Assembly (NCBI GenBank): GCA_964016885.1 | Contig: OZ024744.1 | Coordinates: 53,010,001-53,074,000, forward strand | DNA length: 64,000 nucleotides | DNA from: Eledone cirrhosa | Lineage: Eukaryota | Direction of reading: 5' to 3' | Shown here: positions 56,901-64,000 of the stretch, in pieces | How positions within the stretch are numbered: position 1 is the stretch's first letter | Layout: every line of letters starts with the position of its first letter | Translations under genes and position numbers: made by a program | Notes under the pieces: model-generated | What the model saw: the letters and a program-made list of their open reading frames with translations, nothing else | Told to the model about the DNA's origin: nothing | Database searches by the model: none

Positions 56901-59330
56901 CATATCAACTACAAGACTACACCAGCACCTCTCTCTCAGTCTAGTGACAAGTGTAAGACATGTGACCAGTAAACATATCAACTACAAGACTACACCTTCA
57001 CCTCTCTCTCAGTCTAGTGACAAGTGTAAGACATGTGACCAGTAAACATATCAACTACAAGACTACACCAGCCCCTCTCTCTAAGTCTAGTGACAAGTGT
57101 AAGTCATGTGACCAGTAAACATATCAACTACAAGACTACACCAGCACCACTCTCTCAGTCTAGTGACAAGTGTAAGACATGTGACCAGTAAACACATCAA
57201 CTACAAGACTACACCAGCACCTCTCTCTCAGTCTAGTGACAAGTGTAAGACATGTGACCAGTAAACATATCAACTACAAGACTACACCAGCCCCTCTCTC
57301 TCAGTCTAGTGACAAGTTTAAGACATGTGACCAGTAAACACATCAACTACAAGACTACACCAGCACCTCTCTGTCAGTCTAGTGACAAGTGTAAGACATG
57401 TGACCAGTAAACATATCAACTACAAGACTACACCAGCCCCTCTCTCTAAGTCTAGTGACAAGTGTAAGTCATGTGACCAGTAAACATATCAACTACAAGA
57501 CTACACCAGCACCACTCTCTCAGTCTAGTGACAAGTGTAAGACATGTGACCAGTAATCATATCAACTACAAGACTACACCAGCACCTCTCTCTCAGTCTA
57601 GTGACAAGTGTAAGCCATGTGACCAGTAAACATATCAACTACAAGACTACACTAGCACCTCTCTCTCAGTCTAGTGACAAGTGTAAGCCATGTGACCAGT
57701 AAACACATCAACTACAAGACTACACCAGCACCTCTCTCTCAGTCTAGTGACAAGTGTAAGTCATGTGATCAGTAAACATATCAACTACAAGACTACACCA
57801 GCACCTCTCTCTCAGTCTAGTGACAAGTGTAAGACATGTGACCAGTAAACATATCAACTACAAGACTACACCAGCACCACTCCCTCAGTCTAGTGACAAG
57901 TGTAAGACATGTGACCAGTAATCATATCAACTACAAGACTACACCAGCACCTCTCTCTCAGTCTAGTGACAAGTGTAAGACATGTGACCAGTAAACACAT
58001 CAACTACAAGACTACACCATCACCTCTCTCTCAGTCTAGTGACAAGTGTAAGACATGTGACCAGTAAACATATCAACTACAAGACTACACCAGCACCTCT
58101 CTCTCAGTCTAGTGACAAGTGTAAGACATGTGACCAGTAAAAATATCAACTACAAGACTACACCAGCACCTCTCTCTCAGTCTAGTGACAAGTGTAAGAC
58201 ATGTGACCAGTAAACATATCAACTACAAGACTACACCAGCCCCTCTCTCTCAGTCTAGTGACAAGTGTAAGACATGTGATCAGTAAACACATCAACTACA
58301 AGACTACACCAGCACCTCTCTCTCAGTCTAGTGACAAGTGTAAGACATGTGACCAGTAAACATATCAACTACAAGACTACACCAGCACCTCTCTCTCAGT
58401 CTAGTGACAAGTGTAAGACATGTGACCAGTAAACATATCAACTACAAGACTACACCAGCACCTCTCTCTCAGTCTAGTGACAAGTGTAAGACATGTGACC
58501 AGTAAACATATCAACTACAAGACTTCACCAGCACCTCTCTCTCAGTCTAGTGACAAGTGTAAGACATGTGACCAGTAAACATATCAACTACAAGACTACA
58601 CCAGCACCACTCTCTCAGTCTAGTGACAAGTGTAACTCATGTGACCAGTAATTACATCAACTACAAGACTACACCAGCCCCTCTCTCTCAGTCTAGTGAC
58701 AAGTGTAAGACAGGTGACCAGTAATTACATCAACTACAAGACTACACCAGCACCTCTCTCTTAGTCTAGTGACAAGTGTAAGGCATGTGACAAGTAAACA
58801 CATCAACTAGAAGACTACACCAGCAGCACTCTCTCAGTCTAGTGACAAGTGTAAGACATGTGACCAGTAAACATATCAACTACAAGACTACACCAGCACC
58901 ACTCTCTCAGTCTAGTGACAAGTGTAAGACATGTGACCAGTAAACATATCAACTACAAGACTACACCAGCACCACTCTCTCAGTCTAGTGACAAGTGTAA
59001 GCCATGTGATCAGTAAACATATCAACTACAAGACTACACCAGCACCTCTCTCTCAGTCTAGTGACAAGTGTAAGACATGTGACCAGTAAACATATCAACT
59101 ACAAGACTACACCAGCACCTCTCTCTCAGTCTAGTGACAAGTGTAAGACATGTGACCAGTAAACACATCAACTACAAGACTACACCAGCACCTCTCTCTC
59201 AGTCTAGTGACAAGTGTAACTCATGTGACCAGTAAACATATCAACTACAAGACTACACCAGCACCTCTCTCTCAGTCTAGTGACAAGTGTAAGACATGTG
59301 ACCAGTAAACATATCAACTACAAGACTACA
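54000..59330. repeat. Block duplication: ~54000-55680 recurs at ~57650-59330 (offset 50 monomers)
   Basis: GACTTCACC at 54871/58521 and CAGCAGCACT at 55171/58821; offset 3650 = 50x73. Confidence 0.88.
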
Positions 59331-59558
59331 ACAGCACCACTCTCTCAGTCTAGTGACAAGTGTAAGACATGTGACCAGTAAACATATCAACTACAAGACT
59401 ACACCAGCACCTCTCTCTCAGTCTAGTGACAAGTGTAAGACATGTGACCAGTAAACATATCAACTACAAGACTACACCAGCACCACTCTCTCAGTCTAGT
59501 GACAAGTGTAAGCCATGTGACCAGTAAACACATCAACTACAAGACTACACCAGCACCT

Positions 59559-62500
59559 CTCTCTCAGTCTAGTGACAAGTGTAAGACATGTGACCCGTAA
59601 ACATATCAACTACAAGACTACACCAGCCCCTCTCTCTCAGTCTAGTGACAAGTGTAAGACTTGTGACCAGTAAACATATCAACTACAAGACTACACCAGC
59701 CCCTCTCTCTCAGTCTAGTGACAAGTGTAAGACATGTGACCAGTAAACATATCAACTACAAGACTACACCAGCCCCTCTCTCTCAGTCTAGTGACAAGTG
59801 TAAGACTTGTGACCAGTAAACACATCAACTACAAGACTACACCAGCACCTCTCTCTCAGTCTAGTGACAAGTGTAAGACATGTGACCAGTAAACATATCA
59901 ACTACAAGACTACACCAGCACCTCTCTCTCAGTCTAGTGACAAGTGTAAGACATGTGACCAGTAAACATATCAACTACAAGACTACACCAGCCCCTCTCT
60001 CTAAGTCTAGTGACAAGTGTAAGACATGTGACCAGTAAACATATCAACTACAAGACTACACCAGCACCACTCTCTCAGTCTAGTGACAAGTGCAAGACAT
60101 GTGACCAGTAAACATATCAACTACAAGACTACACCAGCACCACTCTCTCAGTCTAGTGACAAGTGTAAGACATGTGACTAGTAAACATATCAACTACAAG
60201 ACTACACCAGCACCTCTCTCTCAGTTTAGTGACAAGTGTAAGACATGTGACCAGTAAACATATCAACTACAAGACTACACCAGCACCTCTCTCTCAGTCT
60301 AGTGACAAGTGTAAGACATGTGACCAGTAAACATATCAACTACAAGACTACACCAGCACCTCTCTCTCAGTCTAGTGACAAGTGTAAGCCATGTGACCAG
60401 TAAACACATCAACTACAAGACTACACCAGCACCTCTCTCTCAGTCTAGTGCCAAGTGTAAGACATGTGACCAGTAATCATATCAACTACAAGACTACACC
60501 AGCACCTCTCTCTCAGTCTAGTGACAAGTGTAAGTCATGTGACCAATAAACATATCAACTACAAGACTACACCAGCACCTCTCTCTCAGTCTAGTGACAA
60601 GTGTAAGACATGTGACCAGTAAACATATCAACTAGAAGACTACACCAGCACCTCTCTCTCAGTCTAGTGACAAGTGTAAGCCATGTGACCAGTAAACACA
60701 TCAACTACAAGACTACACCAGCACCTCTCTCTCAGTCTAGTGCCAAGTGTAAGACATGTGACCAGTAATCATATCAACTACAAGACTACACCAGCACCTC
60801 TCTCTCAGTCTAGTGACAAGTGTAAGACTTGTGACCAGTAAACATATCAACTACAAGACTACACCAGCCCCTCTCTCTAAGTCTAGTGACAAGTGTAAGA
60901 CATGTGACCAGTAAACATATCAACTACAAGACTACACCAGCACCACTCTCTCAGTCTAGTGACAAGTGTAAGACATGTGACCAGTAATCATATCAACTAC
61001 AAGACTACACCAGCACCTCTCTCTCAGTCTAGTGCCAAGTGTAAGACATGTGACCAGTAATCATATCAACTACAAGACTACACCAGCACCTCTCTGTCAG
61101 TCTAGTGACAAGTGTAAGACATGTGACCAGTAAACATATCAACTACAAGACTACACCAGCCCCTCTCTCTAAGTCTAGTGACAAGTGTAAGACATGTGAC
61201 CAGTAAACATATCAACTACAAGACTACACCAGCACCACTCTCTCAGTCTAGTGACAAGTGTAAGACATGTGACCCGTAAACATATCAACTACAAGACTAC
61301 ACCAGCCCCTCTCTCTCAGTCTAGTGACAAGTGTAAGACTTGTGACCAGTAAACATATCAACTACAAGACTACACCAGCCCCTCTCTCTCAGTCTAGTGA
61401 CAAGTGTAAGACATGTGACCAGTAAACATATCAACTACAAGACTACACCAGCCCCTCTCTCTCAGTCTAGTGACAAGTGTAAGACTTGTGACCAGTAAAC
61501 ACATCAACTACAAGACTACACCAGCACCTCTCTCTCAGTCTAGTGACAAGTGTAAGACATGTGACCAGTAAACATATCAACTACAAGACTACACCAGCAC
61601 CTCTCTCTCAGTCTAGTGACAAGTGTAAGACATGTGACCAGTAAACATATCAACTACAAGACTACACCAGCCCCTCTCTCTAAGTCTAGTGACAAGTGTA
61701 AGACATGTGACCAGTAAACATATCAACTACAAGACTACACCAGCACCACTCTCTCAGTCTAGTGACAAGTGCAAGACATGTGACCAGTAAACATATCAAC
61801 TACAAGACTACACCAGCACCACTCTCTCAGTCTAGTGACAAGTGTAAGACATGTGACTAGTAAACATATCAACTACAAGACTACACCAGCACCTCTCTCT
61901 CAGTTTAGTGACAAGTGTAAGACATGTGACCAGTAAACATATCAACTACAAGACTACACCAGCACCTCTCTCTCAGTCTAGTGACAAGTGTAAGACATGT
62001 GACCAGTAAACATATCAACTACAAGACTACACCAGCACCTCTCTCTCAGTCTAGTGACAAGTGTAAGCCATGTGACCAGTAAACACATCAACTACAAGAC
62101 TACACCAGCACCTCTCTCTCAGTCTAGTGCCAAGTGTAAGACATGTGACCAGTAATCATATCAACTACAAGACTACACCAGCACCTCTCTCTCAGTCTAG
62201 TGACAAGTGTAAGTCATGTGACCAATAAACATATCAACTACAAGACTACACCAGCACCTCTCTCTCAGTCTAGTGACAAGTGTAAGACATGTGACCAGTA
62301 AACATATCAACTAGAAGACTACACCAGCACCTCTCTCTCAGTCTAGTGACAAGTGTAAGCCATGTGACCAGTAAACACATCAACTACAAGACTACACCAG
62401 CACCTCTCTCTCAGTCTAGTGCCAAGTGTAAGACATGTGACCAGTAATCATATCAACTACAAGACTACACCAGCACCTCTCTCTCAGTCTAGTGACAAGT

Positions 62501-62950
62501 GTAAGACTTGTGACCAGTAAACATATCAACTACAAGACTACACCAGCCCCTCTCTCTAAGTCTAGTGACAAGTGTAAGACATGTGACCAGTAAACATATC
62601 AACTACAAGACTACACCAGCACCACTCTCTCAGTCTAGTGACAAGTGTAAGACATGTGACCAGTAATCATATCAACTACAAGACTACACCAGCACCTCTC
62701 TCTCAGTCTAGTGCCAAGTGTAAGACATGTGACCAGTAATCATATCAACTACAAGACTACACCAGCACCTCTCTGTCAGTCTAGTGACAAGTGTAAGACA
62801 TGTGACCAGTAAACATATCAACTACAAGACTACACCAGCCCCTCTCTCTAAGTCTAGTGACAAGTGTAAGACATGTGACCAGTAAACATATCAACTACAA
62901 GACTACACCAGCACCACTCTCTCAGTCTAGTGACAAGTGTAAGACATGTG
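59559..62950. repeat. Apparently perfect tandem 23-monomer (1679 bp) higher-order duplication
   Basis: GACCCGT 59592/61271, TGCAAG 60091/61770, GACCAATAA 60541/62220, TCTCTGTCAG 61091/62770; all offsets 1679 = 23x73. Confidence 0.93.
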
Positions 62951-64000
62951 ACCAGTAATCATATCAACTACAAGACTACACCAGCACCTCTCTCTCAGTC
63001 TAGTGACAAGTGTAAGCCATGTGACCAGTAAACACATCAACTACAAGACTACACCAGCACCTCTCTCTCAGTCTAGTGACAAGTGTAAGTCATGTGATCA
63101 GTAAACATATCAACTACAAGACTACACCAGCACCTCTCTCTCAGTCTAGTGACAAGTGTAAGACATGTGACCAGTAAACATATCAACTACAAGACTACAC
63201 CAGCACCACTCCCTCAGTCTAGTGACAAGTGTAAGACATGTGACCAGTAATCATATCAACTACAAGACTACACCAGCACCTCTCTCTCAGTCTAGTGACA
63301 AGTGTAAGACATGTGACCAGTAAACACATCAACTACAAGACTACACCATCACCTCTCTCTCAGTCTAGTGACAAGTGTAAGACATGTGACCAGTAAACAT
63401 ATCAACTACAAGACTACACCAGCACCTCTCTCTCAGTCTAGTGACAAGTGTAAGACATGTGACCAGTAAAAATATCAACTACAAGACTACACCAGCACCT
63501 CTCTCTCAGTCTAGTGACAAGTGTAAGACATGTGACCAGTAAACATATCAACTACAAGACTACACCAGCCCCTCTCTCTCAGTCTAGTGACAAGTGTAAG
63601 ACATGTGATCAGTAAACACATCAACTACAAGACTACACCAGCACCTCTCTCTCAGTCTAGTGACAAGTGTAAGACATGTGACCAGTAAACATATCAACTA
63701 CAAGACTACACCAGCACCTCTCTCTCAGTCTAGTGACAAGTGTAAGACATGTGACCAGTAAACATATCAACTACAAGACTACACCAGCACCTCTCTCTCA
63801 GTCTAGTGACAAGTGTAAGACATGTGACCAGTAAACATATCAACTACAAGACTTCACCAGCACCTCTCTCTCAGTCTAGTGACAAGTGTAAGACATGTGA
63901 CCAGTAAACATATCAACTACAAGACTACACCAGCACCACTCTCTCAGTCTAGTGACAAGTGTAACTCATGTGACCAGTAATTACATCAACTACAAGACTA

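Larger units (their letters stand above)
1..64000. repeat. Tandem satellite array, 73-bp monomer, about 876 head-to-tail copies, open at both window ends
   Basis: AGTCTAGTGAC recurs at 8, 81, 154 ... 63946 (period 73). The span 8-63946 equals 875x73+63, matching my manual indel tally (34 monomers of +2 bp; -1, -1, -2, +1, -2). Most monomers differ from the consensus by 0-3 substitutions. No inversion or foreign insertion seen. Confidence 0.99.

Noticed and set aside
1-64000. CRISPR array or cassette array with variable spacers
   Set aside because: The entire 73-bp unit is repeated; no unique spacers, leader, cas or integrase genes.
1-64000. Giant repetitive protein gene on either strand
   Set aside because: 73 is not a multiple of 3 and stops occur on both strands within every three monomers.
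1-64000. Telomerase-type telomeric repeat or G-quadruplex array
   Set aside because: No TTAGGG-like unit and no GGG runs on either strand of the consensus.
1-64000. CENP-B box
   Set aside because: The motif needs TTCG and CGGG; the consensus has no CpG.
1-64000. Variant order as an encoded message or synthetic barcode
   Set aside because: The order is explained by nested local duplications and regional allele gradients typical of natural satellites.

Overview
The whole 64 kb window is one uninterrupted, head-to-tail tandem repeat (satellite DNA) with a 73-bp monomer, consensus AGTCTAGTGACAAGTGTAAGACATGTGACCAGTAAACATATCAACTACAAGACTACACCAGCACCTCTCTCTC (about 876 copies, 42% GC, no CpG in the consensus, single orientation). 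I see no genes, RNA genes, mobile elements, CRISPR spacers or unique sequence, and I do not recognise the repeat family or organism. The six listed ORFs are by-products of frame-preserving length variants. The informative structure is in the variants: nested, irregular block duplications of 6-85 monomers rather than one fixed higher-order repeat, position-restricted variant domains, strong length conservation, and a few hypervariable positions. More speculative features of the monomer are half-nucleosome length, Forkhead and E-box motifs, and a splice acceptor/donor pair. The sequence does not support a new gene-encoded system. All counts and offsets are manual.
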